In this document: positions 33,290-43,230 of the stretch, piece after piece
Numbering within the stretch: position 1 is the stretch's first letter
Layout of the letters: every line of letters begins with the position of its first letter
Source: an uncultured Deinococcaceae bacterium
Lineage (GTDB): Bacteria > Deinococcota > Deinococci > Deinococcales > Deinococcaceae
Length of the DNA stretch: 64,000 nucleotides
Reading direction: 5' to 3'
NCBI GenBank assembly: GCA_964252075.1
Contig: CAXULY010000017.1
Span: 18,728-82,727, forward strand
The notes under the pieces: generated by a model
Databases searched by the model: none
The model's input: only the letters and a program-made list of their open reading frames with translations
What the model was told of the DNA's origin: nothing
Translations under genes and position numbers: made by a program

Positions 33290-34513
33290 ATGAACGACTC
33301 AGCGACCCTCACGCCGACCGCCACCGTGATCGTGTCGGGTTCGGTGGCGGCGGTGAAAGCCCCGGCGACGCTGCGGCGCCTGCGGGAGGCGGGCTTCGAC
33401 ACGCGCGTGATCGCCACGCGCGCCAGCCTGCACTTCGTGACGCCGCTGGCACTCGCGGAGGCGGGCGCGAGCACGCCCGCAACGGATGAGACGTGGTTCG
33501 CGCCACAACCCGTGGCGCAGCACCTTCAGCTGGCGCGCGCGGACGTGGTGATCGTGGTGGCGGCGAGCGCGGACCTGATCGCGCGGGCGGGCGCGGGCCG
33601 CTCGGACGACCTCGCCGCCGCGACGCTGCTCGCCACGCGCGCGCCCGTGCTGTGGGCGCCCGCCATGAACGAGAGCATGTGGACGCACCCCGCCACGCAG
33701 GCGCACGTGGCGCAGCTGAACCGCTGGGGGCACCGCTTCCTGGGCCCCACGAGCGGCGCTTTCGGCACGCCCGGCGAGGGCGCGGGCGTGGGCCGCATGG
33801 CGGAACCCGAGGAGATCGCGCGGGCGGCGCTGGACCTGCGCGCGCCACAGGACCTCGCGGGCCTCACGGTGGCGGTGTCGGCGGGCCCCACGCGGGAGTA
33901 CCTGGACCCCGTGCGGTTCATCTCGAACCCGTCGAGCGGCAAGATGGGGTTCGCGGTGGCGGAGGTGGCGCGCGCGCGCGGCGCGGCGGTGACGCTCGTG
34001 ACGGGCCCAGTCGAGCTGGCGTCCCCGCCGGGCGTGGAGGTCGTGCGGGTGCAGAGCGCGCTGGAGATGCGGGACGCCATGCTGAGGGCGGCGCGCGCGG
34101 CGGACGTGGTGGTCATGACGGCGGCCGTCGCGGACTACCGCGCCGCGAACCCCGCGACGGAGAAGCAACCCAAGAGCGGCGAGGACGCGCAGGTGGCCCT
34201 CACGCCCAACCCGGACATCCTGGCGGAGCTGGGGCGCGACAAGGGCGCGCGGGTGCTGGTGGGCTTCGCGATGGAGACGCACCAGGGCGTGGAGCGCGCG
34301 GCGGACAAGGCGCGGCGCAAGCGCGCGGATTTCATCCTGCTGAATTACCCCACGCGGGAGGGCACGGCCTTCGGCGGGGACGACAACCAGGTGACGCTGG
34401 TGCGCGCGGACGGCACCCACGAGGACTGGCCGCGCATGAGCAAACGCGCGGTCGCAGAGCGCCTGCTGAGCGAGGCGCTCGCCGCGCGCCGGGACCAGCC
34501 GGAAACTGCATAG
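33290..34513 (+). CDS. coaBC: Bifunctional PPC decarboxylase / PPC synthetase CoaBC
   Basis: [47 protein letters not shown]. Confidence 0.95.
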   Translation: MNDSATLTPTATVIVSGSVAAVKAPATLRRLREAGFDTRVIATRASLHFVTPLALAEAGASTPATDETWFAPQPVAQHLQLARADVVIVVAASADLIARAGAGRSDDLAAATLLATRAPVLWAPAMNESMWTHPATQAHVAQLNRWGHRFLGPTSGAFGTPGEGAGVGRMAEPEEIARAALDLRAPQDLAGLTVAVSAGPTREYLDPVRFISNPSSGKMGFAVAEVARARGAAVTLVTGPVELASPPGVEVVRVQSALEMRDAMLRAARAADVVVMTAAVADYRAANPATEKQPKSGEDAQVALTPNPDILAELGRDKGARVLVGFAMETHQGVERAADKARRKRADFILLNYPTREGTAFGGDDNQVTLVRADGTHEDWPRMSKRAVAERLLSEALAARRDQPETA

Positions 34514-34540
34514 CGGGCTGCATATTGTATGATGAGGGGC

Positions 34541-35005
34541 GTGGTCTTCAGCAAAGAGCAGCGCCAGAAACGCATTCAGGAAATCATCGCGCGGGAGAGC
34601 ATCTCCACGCAGTCGGAACTCGTCGCGCGGCTGAACGCCGAGGGCGTGCGCGTCACGCAGGCCACCGTCTCGCGCGACATCAACGAGTTGCGGCTGGTGC
34701 GCCTCCCCGTCGGCAAGAGCCGCCACCGCTACAGCCTCGCGCAGGTGAGCGCCGAGACGGACGTGATGGATGAACTCTCCCGGCTCTTCCGGAACTTCGT
34801 GACGGACGTGGACCGTGGGGAGAACGTGCTGGTTATCAAGACCGCCGAGGGGCACGCCAACGGCGTCGCGTACTTCATGGACAAACTGCGCCGCGACGAC
34901 GTGGTCGGCACCCTCGCGGGCCAGGACACCATCCTGGTGATCGCGCGCACCAGCGCGGAGGGCGAAGCGCTGATGGAGGAGCTCAACGCCCTGATGATCG
35001 GCTGA
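34541..35005 (+). CDS. argR: Arginine repressor
   Basis: TQATVSRDI wHTH and [11 protein letters not shown] lies 7 nt after TATGAT (ORF-track start 34529). Confidence 0.93.
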   Translation: MVFSKEQRQKRIQEIIARESISTQSELVARLNAEGVRVTQATVSRDINELRLVRLPVGKSRHRYSLAQVSAETDVMDELSRLFRNFVTDVDRGENVLVIKTAEGHANGVAYFMDKLRRDDVVGTLAGQDTILVIARTSAEGEALMEELNALMIG

Positions 35006-35008
35006 GGG

Positions 35009-35254
35009 TTATCCCAGGTGGGGCTGCGCCGCGCCGAAACCGTCCAGCGCGCCCGGCTTGAGGGTCCAGTCGCCCTCCACGCGCTCGGCCTTGCCCTCCT
35101 GCACCAGCCGGTTCAGTTCCGCCTCCACCCGCTGCCCCACGCGGCGCAGCGGCATGTCCGCGGCGTCAATGCCGCGCCACGCCAGGAACGCCCGATGAAA
35201 CGCGGGCAGGGCGTCCAGGCCCACCCGCTCCTCCAACCCACGCCAGGAACGCAT
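35009..35254 (-). CDS. Small hypothetical protein (81 aa)
   Basis: [28 protein letters not shown]...; TACAAT 6 nt before the ATG; GC-rich third positions. Confidence 0.65.
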   Translation of the reverse strand: MRSWRGLEERVGLDALPAFHRAFLAWRGIDAADMPLRRVGQRVEAELNRLVQEGKAERVEGDWTLKPGALDGFGAAQPHLG

Positions 35255-35337
35255 GCCGTCATTGTAGGCGCCCGCCGACCCGGCGCTCACCCTGCACAGC
35301 GCCCCACGCGCCATACTGCGCGCTGGCCCACCAGGCC

Positions 35338-35380
35338 CCGGACGAGAGGCACGCCGTACCCGGTCACGACAAGACGGCGC
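35338..35380 (+). ncRNA. Guanidine-III (ykkC-III) riboswitch
   Basis: ccggacgagaggcacgccgtacccggtcacgacaagacggcgc. P1 is ccgg/ccgg, the pseudoknot P2 is cgccgt/acggcg, and ACGA is present. Closely resembles the guanidine-III aptamer as remembered and lies directly upstream of a gdx/sugE SD. Confidence 0.88.
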
Positions 35381-35396
35381 AGCAGAAAGGTGCACC

Positions 35397-35717
35397 ATGC
35401 CCTGGATTCTGCTCGTCATCGCGGGCCTGCTGGAAGTCGGCTGGGCCATCGGCCTGAAGTACACGCAGGGCTTCACGCGCCCCATCCCCACCGCCCTGAC
35501 CCTCGTCAGCATGGTCGCCAGCATGGGCCTGCTGGGCCTCGCCACGCGCAGCCTCCCCATCGGCACGGCGTACGGCGTGTGGGTCGGGATCGGCGCGGTG
35601 GGCGCCGCAGTCCTCGGCATCGCGCTGCTCGGTGAGCCCGCCACGCCCGCCCGCGTGTTTTTCCTGGTCCTCATGGTCGTGGCGATCATCGGCCTGAAGG
35701 TCACCGGCGGGCACTGA
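35397..35717 (+). CDS. gdx: SMR-family guanidinium exporter Gdx (SugE)
   Basis: [40 protein letters not shown]. Confidence 0.93.
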   Translation: MPWILLVIAGLLEVGWAIGLKYTQGFTRPIPTALTLVSMVASMGLLGLATRSLPIGTAYGVWVGIGAVGAAVLGIALLGEPATPARVFFLVLMVVAIIGLKVTGGH

Positions 35718-35789
35718 GGGACGCCACGCCCGGCCGCAGCGCGCCCGTCGTCACGGTCCCCTTCGCGTGCGCGTGACACAATACCCGGC

Positions 35790-36779
35790 ATGCTGGATGT
35801 GGCAATCATCGGAGCGGGACCGGTCGGGCTGGCGGCGGCCATCACCGCGAAGCGCGCGGGCCTGTCGTACGTGGTGCTGGACAAGGGGTGCGTCGTGAAC
35901 GCCATCTTCGACTACCCCACCTACATGACGTTCTTCACGACCGCGCCGGAACTGGAGGTCGGCGGGCACCCCATGGTGACGGGGCACGACAAGCCGGACC
36001 GCAAGGACGCCCTCATGTACTACCGCCTGGTGGCGCAGCGCGAGGGCCTGAACATCGAGCAGTACACCGAGGTGACGCGCGTGCACGCCGCGCCCGCGGG
36101 CTTCACGGTGGAGGTGAACCGCAAGGACGGCGAGGACGGCGTGATCGAGGCGCGGCGCGTGGTCGTGGCGACCGGGTACTACGACAATCCCCTGCACATG
36201 GGCATTCCCGGCGAGGACCGAGAGAACGTCAGCCATTACTACACGGAGGCGCACCCCTTCTGGCGCCTGAACGTCACGGTGATCGGCGCGGGGAACAGCG
36301 CCGCGGACGCCGCGCTGGACCTGTGGCGCGGCGGCGCGAACGTCACCATGATCGTGCGCGCGCCGGAACTCAAGAGCACCATCAAGTACTGGGTGCGCCC
36401 GGACCTCGAGAACCGCATCAAGGAGGGCAGCATCGCCGCGCACTTCGGCTCGCGCGTCACGGAGATCCTGGAGGACCGCGTGATCGTGGAGAGCGAGGGC
36501 GGCTCCTGGGAACTCGCGACGGACTTCACCTTCGCGCTCACCGGGTACCGCCCCAAGCTGGATTTCCTGGCGGACCTGGGCCTCGCGCAGCACCCGGACG
36601 AGTGTCTCGTGCTGAGTGAGGCGTCGGAGAGCAGCGTGCCGGGCCTGTACGTGGTGGGGAGCGCCGGGTACGCGGGCCGCACGAACCAGGTGTTCATCGA
36701 GAACGGACGCCTGCACGCGGAGGCGGCGGTCGCGGACATCGCGCGGAGCCTGCGCGAGAACGAACTGCTGACCCGCTGA
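35790..36779 (+). CDS. ypdA: YpdA family bacillithiol disulfide reductase
   Basis: [42 protein letters not shown]. Confidence 0.88.
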   Translation: MLDVAIIGAGPVGLAAAITAKRAGLSYVVLDKGCVVNAIFDYPTYMTFFTTAPELEVGGHPMVTGHDKPDRKDALMYYRLVAQREGLNIEQYTEVTRVHAAPAGFTVEVNRKDGEDGVIEARRVVVATGYYDNPLHMGIPGEDRENVSHYYTEAHPFWRLNVTVIGAGNSAADAALDLWRGGANVTMIVRAPELKSTIKYWVRPDLENRIKEGSIAAHFGSRVTEILEDRVIVESEGGSWELATDFTFALTGYRPKLDFLADLGLAQHPDECLVLSEASESSVPGLYVVGSAGYAGRTNQVFIENGRLHAEAAVADIARSLRENELLTR

Positions 36780-36789
36780 TGGGCTGAAC

Positions 36790-36821
36790 GGCGCGCCCCG
36801 CCTATAAACGCGGGGCGCGCC
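36790..36821. terminator. Hairpin between ypdA and a convergent small gene
   Basis: ggcgcgccccgc-ctataaac-gcggggcgcgcc followed by cttt. Confidence 0.7.
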
Positions 36822-36823
36822 CT

Positions 36824-37021
36824 TTACTTGCGGCGGTGGCTCGCAGCGAGCCCCACGGCGGCGCCTACGCCCGCGCCCACACCGATCCCGGCGCCCACGC
36901 CTAGGGCGACGTTGTCGAGCAGGAGGCCGAGGGCCGCCCCCAAGCCCGTGCCGATGCCGATGCCGACGCCCATGCCGGCCGCCATGCGCTGCCCGGTGTC
37001 CTTGTTGCGTGGGTCACTCAT
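36824..37021 (-). CDS. Small glycine-zipper membrane protein
   Basis: 65 aa, [17 protein letters not shown]...[13 protein letters not shown]. Confidence 0.6.
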   Translation of the reverse strand: MSDPRNKDTGQRMAAGMGVGIGIGTGLGAALGLLLDNVALGVGAGIGVGAGVGAAVGLAASHRRK

Positions 37022-37190
37022 GCCCGCAGTGTGCGGACAGCAGGTGAGGGGCGCCGCAGAGTCGCATCAATGGCCAGACGGGGAGAAGTTGACCGATCGT
37101 GTCAGCTTTATGAGACCGAATGCTATATTTTCGGGACGTGAAGGCGGTGCGACCCTCACCGCCACCGCACGCGACATCCCGGAGGACCCC

Positions 37191-38915
37191 GTGAAGACCA
37201 CCCGCACCACCCTGCTCCTCGGCCTCGCCCTGCTGGGAGCCGCCAGCGCCGCGCCCAAGAACCCAAATGTGCTCGTGGCCCTCGCCAGTTACGACTGGAC
37301 GGGCTTCGACCCGGCGCACTGCAACGACCTCCCGTGCGAGGAGGTGCTGCAGAACACCCTGGAGACCCTGTACTTCCCGAAGGGCGCCAGCACCACCGCG
37401 TACAGCCCCATGCTGGCCGCCGATCAGCCCACCGTGAGCGCGGACGGCAAGACGTACACCGTGAAGCTGAACCCGCAGGCGAAGTTCAGTGACGGCACGC
37501 CCGTCACCGCGAACGACGTGAAGTACAGCCTCACGCGCCTGCTCGCCATGAGCGCCAGCGATGGCCCCGTCACGAAGCTGCTGTACCCGCTGGTCGGCAC
37601 GAACACGCCCCTCACCAAGGACAACGCGGGCGCCTACGTGACGCTCGACAAGGCCATCGAGGTCAAGGACGCGCGCACGGTGGTGTTCCACCTCGCGCAG
37701 CCCTTCGGGCCGTTCCTCGCGGTGCTCGCCTCGCCCGCCTCCGCCATCTACAGCCAGGCCGCCGCCGCGAAGGCGGGCGCCTGGGACGGCAAGGACGCCA
37801 GCTGGGCGAAGTTCGTGAACCAGCCGCTCGCGGACTCCCCCTTCCTGAAGGCGCCGCCGCTCGGCTCCGGGCCCTTCACGCTCGGGCGTTACGACAGCGG
37901 CAACCAGGTGATCCTGCAGCGCAACGACAAGTACTGGCGCGCGCCCGCTAAACTGCAGACCGTCGTGATCAAGAACGTCGCGGAGGCCGCCACCGCCGTG
38001 CAGCTCCTCAAGACCGGCGACGCCGACCTGATCCGCACGAACGGCTACCCCCGCAATGTCGCCTCGCAGTTCGCGGGGCTGGACGGCGTGACCACCAACC
38101 TCAAGGTGAACAGCTTGGCCCTGCAGGGTTTCTTCATGAACTTCAACGTGAAGAATGCCAGCCAGAACGGCTACCTGGGCACCGGCACGCTCTCCGAGAA
38201 GGGCATCCCCGCCGACTTCTTCAGCGACGTGAACGTGCGCCGCGCCTTTGCGTCCAGCTTCGATTACAACAGCTTCATTCAGGCGCAGCTGCTCGGCGCG
38301 GGCATCCAGACGAACGGCGCGCTCGTGAAGGGCCTGCTGGGCTACACCGCGCTGCACTTCCCGTACAGCCGCCCGAGCGCCCTCGCGAGCTTCAAGAAGG
38401 CGTACGGCGGGAAGCTCTGGACGGCGGGCTTCACCGTGCCGGTCTTCTGGAACAGCGGCAACGAAACGCGCCACCAGGCCGCGCTGGTCTTCAAGCGCAA
38501 CATCGAGTCGCTGAACCCGAAGTTCCACGTGGACGTGCGCGAAATTCAGTTCTCGGAGCTGATCGCGAAGGCGAACAGCGGGCAGCTCACCGCGTACTTC
38601 CTCGGATGGAGCACCGACTACGCCGACCCATACAACGTGATCTTCCCGTGGGCGCACTCGCAGGGCACCTTTCCGAAGCAGACGGGGTACAAGAACCCGA
38701 AGGTGGATGACGTCATCACGCAGGCGGTCGCCACGACGGACGCCAAGAAGCGCGGCGAGCTGTACCAGCAGGCCGCGAAACTCGCGTACAACGACGTGGC
38801 GGAACTGCCCCTCTACCAGGACGTGGGGTACACCGCGCAGCGCGACTGGGTGAAGGGCCGCGTCCTGAACCCGCTGTTCGGCGGGAACTACTACTACTCC
38901 ATCAGCAAGGAGTAA
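37191..38915 (+). CDS. ABC transporter substrate-binding protein, family 5 (peptide/nickel); orphan
   Basis: Signal peptide; FDPA, KFSDGTPVTANDVKYS, GSGPF, DVNVRRA; GTG follows GGAGG. Confidence 0.9.
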   Translation: MKTTRTTLLLGLALLGAASAAPKNPNVLVALASYDWTGFDPAHCNDLPCEEVLQNTLETLYFPKGASTTAYSPMLAADQPTVSADGKTYTVKLNPQAKFSDGTPVTANDVKYSLTRLLAMSASDGPVTKLLYPLVGTNTPLTKDNAGAYVTLDKAIEVKDARTVVFHLAQPFGPFLAVLASPASAIYSQAAAAKAGAWDGKDASWAKFVNQPLADSPFLKAPPLGSGPFTLGRYDSGNQVILQRNDKYWRAPAKLQTVVIKNVAEAATAVQLLKTGDADLIRTNGYPRNVASQFAGLDGVTTNLKVNSLALQGFFMNFNVKNASQNGYLGTGTLSEKGIPADFFSDVNVRRAFASSFDYNSFIQAQLLGAGIQTNGALVKGLLGYTALHFPYSRPSALASFKKAYGGKLWTAGFTVPVFWNSGNETRHQAALVFKRNIESLNPKFHVDVREIQFSELIAKANSGQLTAYFLGWSTDYADPYNVIFPWAHSQGTFPKQTGYKNPKVDDVITQAVATTDAKKRGELYQQAAKLAYNDVAELPLYQDVGYTAQRDWVKGRVLNPLFGGNYYYSISKE

Positions 38916-39633
38916 CGCCCGGCAGGTACACGCCGTCCCGGAGCTCCGGGACGGCGTCGCTGCTGTTGATTTGAGCGGCGAGATCCACGTCCAGTGCGAA
39001 GCCGCGCTCAACGAGTTCCCGCCCGGACGCGCACGCGCGCAGGGTGGCGGAGGGGTCAGTGACCGCGTCCCAGGCGCGCGCGGCGGCCTCCGCTTCCGGG
39101 GAGGCGGACAGGCTTAGGGCGCGCACCACCGCACCCGCACCCAGCCAGTCCTCCAGGGCGGGGCGCAGGCTCCCGTCCGGCCAGCGCTCGCCCGCCGGGA
39201 CGACCAGCACGGAGGGGAAGCGCGAGATCACGTGGTCCGCAACGGCCCGCGCGTTCCGCCAGCACGCGGCGAACACCGCCGCTCCAGCCGCCGCTGCCAG
39301 GGCGGAGAGCGTCGCGCCGTTCGGGGAGGGCAGCACGAGGCGCGCACCGGGCGGCAGGGTGGTCAGGGACGTGGGCGACAGCGAGTATCCACTCGCGAAG
39401 CGCCGCTCTGGGCTGGCGAGCAGGGCGCCACGCTCACGCGCGACCTCCGCCGCCGTGTGGTCCCGCCAGCGGTACGGCAGGACGCCTGCCCCACGCGCGA
39501 CCGCCACGTCCACGCAGGTGCTGAAGGACAGCACGTCCACGATCACGACCGCCGCGCAGTGGGGCGCAAGGTGCCGGATGGCCGCCTCGCCCCACTCGCA
39601 ACGCACCGGAAAAGGTTGCTGGTCGTGGAACAT
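38902..39633 (-). CDS. 2-phosphosulfolactate phosphatase (ComB) family protein
   Basis: IVDVLSFST, SLSP, SPNG, AGERW, RPALEDWLGAG. Confidence 0.85.
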   Translation of the reverse strand: MFHDQQPFPVRCEWGEAAIRHLAPHCAAVVIVDVLSFSTCVDVAVARGAGVLPYRWRDHTAAEVARERGALLASPERRFASGYSLSPTSLTTLPPGARLVLPSPNGATLSALAAAAGAAVFAACWRNARAVADHVISRFPSVLVVPAGERWPDGSLRPALEDWLGAGAVVRALSLSASPEAEAAARAWDAVTDPSATLRACASGRELVERGFALDVDLAAQINSSDAVPELRDGVYLPGVTPC

Positions 39634-39689
39634 GGGAGACAGAATGGTGGCGAGGCAGCCAGGCTGCCTCGCCGCCGGACTCGCTCGCC

Positions 39690-39926
39690 TTACAGGCCGA
39701 AGTGCGCGCGGTTCTTCTGGATGTACTCCATCTCGCTCTCCGGCACGTCCTCTTCCGGGTAGATGGCGCTCACGGGGCAGGCGGGCACGCAGGCGCCGCA
39801 GTCAATGCACTCGTCGGGGTGAATGAGGAACATCTCGCCCGCGTCATAGATGCACTCGACGGGGCACACCTCGGTGCAACTCTGGTCCTTGGTTCCGATG
39901 CAGGGGCTCACGATGACGTGGGGCAT
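39690..39926 (-). CDS. fdx: 7Fe-type ferredoxin (78 aa)
   Basis: MPHVIVSPCIGTKDQSCTEVCPVECI...CIDCGACVPACPVSAIY; CATAAT 6 nt before the ATG. Confidence 0.93.
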   Translation of the reverse strand: MPHVIVSPCIGTKDQSCTEVCPVECIYDAGEMFLIHPDECIDCGACVPACPVSAIYPEEDVPESEMEYIQKNRAHFGL

Positions 39927-40009
39927 GCGGTCATTATGGGGACGCATCCCCCTCAGGGCAAGCGTAACCGTGACACAAATGCGGCCTTGTCCATGTTTGC
40001 CATCAATCC

Positions 40010-41242
40010 CTAACGGGCGAGCGCCGCGAGCGTACCCGCCAGCACCCGCACCCCAGCGGCAATGGCTTCCGGACTGGCGTACTCGTCCGGGCGGTGGCTC
40101 ACGCCGCCCCGGCACGGAATGAAGATCATGCCAACCGGGCACAACCGCGCCATGAAGAGCGTGTCGTGGTACGCGCGGGACGGCAACTCCATGAAGGGCA
40201 GGCCCTCGGCGGCGCACGCATCCCGGCCCGCCGCGAGCACAGCGGGGTCACTGATGGCGGGCGGGTCGGCGTTCAGCACATCCAGGCGCAGCTCGATGCC
40301 GCGCCTGGCGCACACCTCGCGCGCCGCCTCCATTACCTGCCGCACGCTCTCGTCGCGCCGCGCGGCGTCGATGTCGCGCAGGTCCAAGCCGAGCGTCACG
40401 CTGGACGGGATGCTGTTGATGGCGTTCGGGTGCACCTGCACGAGGCCCGCCGTGCCCACGGCGTCCAGCGCGCCCGTGGCGAGCGTCACGCGCTCCACGG
40501 CGAGGGCGATCTCGGCGGCGGCCAGGAAGGCGTCCTTGCGGCCCGGCATGAGGCGCGCGCCCGCGTGCCCGCCCTCGCCCGTGAGGTGCAGCATGAGGCT
40601 CGCGGGCGCCGCGATGGCCGTCACGAGCCCGATGGGGAGGCCCGCGCGCTCCAGTTCCGGCCCCTGCTCGATGTGCAGCTCCACGAAGGCGCTGTAGGCG
40701 CCGGGCGTGAGCTGCACGGTTTCGAGGGGGGTGGTGTAGCCGACGGCGGCGCGCGCGTCCTCCAGACCCATGCCGTCCGCATCCCGCAGGGCACGCAACG
40801 CGTCTGTGGTCAGGGCGCCGCTCATGGCCCTGGAGCCCAGGCACCCCACCCCGAAGCGCGTGGGTTCCTCCGCCGTGAAGGCGATCAGCTCGATGCTGCG
40901 CCGGGGCATGAAGCCCTCGCGTTTCAGGGCGCGGATGGCTTCCAGGCCGCCGAGCACGCCCACCACGCCGTCGTACTTCCCGGCGTGCGGGATGGCGTCC
41001 GTGTGCGAGCCCGTCGCGACGGCTGGCAGATCGGGGTCGCTGCCTTCCCAGCGGGCGAAGAGGTTCCCGAGGGCGTCCTCCCGCCACGCGAGGCCCGCCG
41101 CCTCAATCAGGCCCTTCAGCTCCGCACGGCCCGCCATGTCCTGCTTGGTCCACAGCACGCGCGTGACGGACGGCGCGGGCGTCTCGGAATGCAGGGCGAG
41201 CGCGTCGATCTCCGCGCCGAGCGTTTGCATGTCCACCTGCAT
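40010..41242 (-). CDS. M20 amidohydrolase, probable ureidoglycolate amidohydrolase (plant UAH-like)
   Basis: PSVTRVL, ATGSHTDAIP, GKYDGVVGVLG, EEPTRFG, SRAYHD.LFMAR, MIFIPC, SHRPDEY; last gene of allB-allC-allE. Confidence 0.8.
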   Translation of the reverse strand: MQVDMQTLGAEIDALALHSETPAPSVTRVLWTKQDMAGRAELKGLIEAAGLAWREDALGNLFARWEGSDPDLPAVATGSHTDAIPHAGKYDGVVGVLGGLEAIRALKREGFMPRRSIELIAFTAEEPTRFGVGCLGSRAMSGALTTDALRALRDADGMGLEDARAAVGYTTPLETVQLTPGAYSAFVELHIEQGPELERAGLPIGLVTAIAAPASLMLHLTGEGGHAGARLMPGRKDAFLAAAEIALAVERVTLATGALDAVGTAGLVQVHPNAINSIPSSVTLGLDLRDIDAARRDESVRQVMEAAREVCARRGIELRLDVLNADPPAISDPAVLAAGRDACAAEGLPFMELPSRAYHDTLFMARLCPVGMIFIPCRGGVSHRPDEYASPEAIAAGVRVLAGTLAALAR

Positions 41243-41992
41243 CTACACGCCCCTCGCGCTCAGGGGGTGGCGGTTCCAGTCCTTGTAGATGAGGTAGCGG
41301 GCGGGCGTGCGGCCCAGCGCGCCGAACCACTGCGGGCAGTACGGCGCCATGTAGATCACGTCGCCCGCCGTGACGGGGTACCAGTCGTCGGAGAGGCGGT
41401 AGATGCCCTCGCCGTCCAGCATGACGAGGCCGTGCTCCATCACGTGCGTCTCCACCTGCGCGAGCGCTGCGCCCGGCTCGTACGTCATGGTGTTCACCGC
41501 GAAGTCCAGGCCGGGGTGGTCGGGCAGCAGGCGCCGCACGAGGATGCGCTCGTCTCCGTCGAGGGGACTCGGGGGCAGTTGATCGGCCTGACCGGTGATG
41601 AGGGCAGGCGGCGTGGTGTCGGAAATTTGCCAGGGCTTCTCGAACACCAGGGCGCGGGAGGGGACGGCAGCACTCAGGACATGCTCGGTACCGGGGGCGA
41701 GGAAGGCGAAGCCCTCCGGCCCGAGAGCGTGCGCCTGCCCCTCTGCTTCCAATTGAAGCGACCCGCTCTGCACGTACACGAGGCGGCTGGTGCCCGCGGG
41801 CGGCGCGGGAAAGCGCCCTCCCGCCTGCAACTCCGCGGCGTACAGGGTGAATCCTGCCCCTTGCGGCGGCGAGACATGCACAACGCAGGTGGCGTCCGTG
41901 AAGCCCGGCCAGGGGGCGCGCACGAAGGCGTCCGGGGTGTGCAGGAGGTGGTCGCGGCCCAGGCGCGTGCGGGTGTGGCCGAGGTGCTGCAT
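41243..41992 (-). CDS. allE: (S)-ureidoglycine aminohydrolase (bicupin)
   Basis: ETHVMEHGL, GDVIYMAPYCPQW, YLIYKDWNR. Confidence 0.92.
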   Translation of the reverse strand: MQHLGHTRTRLGRDHLLHTPDAFVRAPWPGFTDATCVVHVSPPQGAGFTLYAAELQAGGRFPAPPAGTSRLVYVQSGSLQLEAEGQAHALGPEGFAFLAPGTEHVLSAAVPSRALVFEKPWQISDTTPPALITGQADQLPPSPLDGDERILVRRLLPDHPGLDFAVNTMTYEPGAALAQVETHVMEHGLVMLDGEGIYRLSDDWYPVTAGDVIYMAPYCPQWFGALGRTPARYLIYKDWNRHPLSARGV

Positions 41993-43230
41993 CAGGACTC
42001 CAGGGGGGACACGTGGGCGAGGGACCGCAGGAAGGCCAGCGCGACCCGGAACGCGACCTCCACGTCCTCGGGGCGCACGGCCTCGTCCGGGTGGTGGCTG
42101 AGGCCGCCGGGCGAGCGCACGAACAGCATGGCGCCGGGCATCAGGGGCGCGAGGACCATCGCGTCGTGCCCCGCGCCGCTGGGGAGATCCGGGGCGGAGA
42201 TGCCCAGCGCGTCCGCCCCCGCGTGCAGGCCCGCGCGCCAGTCCGGGTGCATGGGCACGGAGGGCTGATCGAGGGCGGTGGTTGAGGTGAAGGTGACGTT
42301 CCGACGCGCGGCGATGGCGTTCGCCCCTTCGAGCAGCGCGGCCAGCGCCGATTTGCGCTCCGCATCCTCGGGGTGGCGCACGTCGAGGCTGAGCGTGACC
42401 GCACCGGGAATCACGTTCCCCGCGCCGGGCAGGGCCGCAATCTGCCCGACCGTGGCGACCAGGGGCGGGCGGGCGAGGGCGAAGCGCTCCGCCTCCAGGA
42501 TGAATTCGGCGGCAGCGGCGAGGGCGTCCCGGCGGGCGTTCATGGGGGTGGTGCCCGCGTGCGCGGCCTGCCCGGCGAAGCGCAACTCCAGGCGGTTCTG
42601 GCCGCTCACGGTGGTCACCACACCGACGGGGGCGTCCGCCGCCTCCAGCACCGGCCCCTGCTCGATGTGGATTTCGAGGTACCCGACCACCTGGGCGGGG
42701 TCGAGCGCGGCCTGTGGCAGTTCGTCCGGGTTCAGGCCGAAGTCCCGCATGGCCTGCCGCGGCGTGATGCCGTTCGCGTCGTGCAGGCCGTCCAGCGTGC
42801 CCGCGTCCAGCGTTCCAGCGAGGGCGCGCGAGCCGATGAAGGGCCGCCCGAAGCGCACGCCCTCCTCCTCCGAGAAGGCCGCGACCATCAGCGAGAAGGG
42901 CAGGACCTCCCCGCGCAGCGCCTCCGCGAGTTCCAGGGCGAGCGTGACGCCCAGGATGCCGTCGTACGCGCCCGCGTCCGGCACGGTGTCGACGTGCGAG
43001 CCGATCACGAGGGTGGGGGTGCCCGGCACCTCGCGCAGCCCGCGCAGGTTCCCGGCGGCGTCCTGCGTGACGGTGAGGCCTGCCTCCTGCATCCAGCCCT
43101 GCACGATGCCCTGCACCTCGCGGGCGGCGGGGGACAGGAACAGGCGGGTGATGCGGCCCGGCTCGTCCGTGAGGCGGGCGAGGTCCAGGCAGCGGGCGAT
43201 GGCGCGGGTGGCAGCTTCACTTGGGGTCAT
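41992..43230 (-). CDS. allC: Allantoate amidohydrolase
   Basis: GSHVDTV, YDGILG, EEEGVRF, HIEQG, HAGTTPM, NVIPG, SGAGHD, SHHPDE. Confidence 0.88.
   Translation of the reverse strand: MTPSEAATRAIARCLDLARLTDEPGRITRLFLSPAAREVQGIVQGWMQEAGLTVTQDAAGNLRGLREVPGTPTLVIGSHVDTVPDAGAYDGILGVTLALELAEALRGEVLPFSLMVAAFSEEEGVRFGRPFIGSRALAGTLDAGTLDGLHDANGITPRQAMRDFGLNPDELPQAALDPAQVVGYLEIHIEQGPVLEAADAPVGVVTTVSGQNRLELRFAGQAAHAGTTPMNARRDALAAAAEFILEAERFALARPPLVATVGQIAALPGAGNVIPGAVTLSLDVRHPEDAERKSALAALLEGANAIAARRNVTFTSTTALDQPSVPMHPDWRAGLHAGADALGISAPDLPSGAGHDAMVLAPLMPGAMLFVRSPGGLSHHPDEAVRPEDVEVAFRVALAFLRSLAHVSPLES

Noticed and set aside
36824..37021. Glycine-zipper peptide as a bacteriocin or toxin
   Set aside because: No leader-processing, immunity or export genes are adjacent. 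Kept as a small membrane protein.
38902..39633. ComB homolog as evidence of coenzyme M biosynthesis
   Set aside because: No comA or other CoM genes are nearby, and ComB-like phosphatases are widespread in bacteria.
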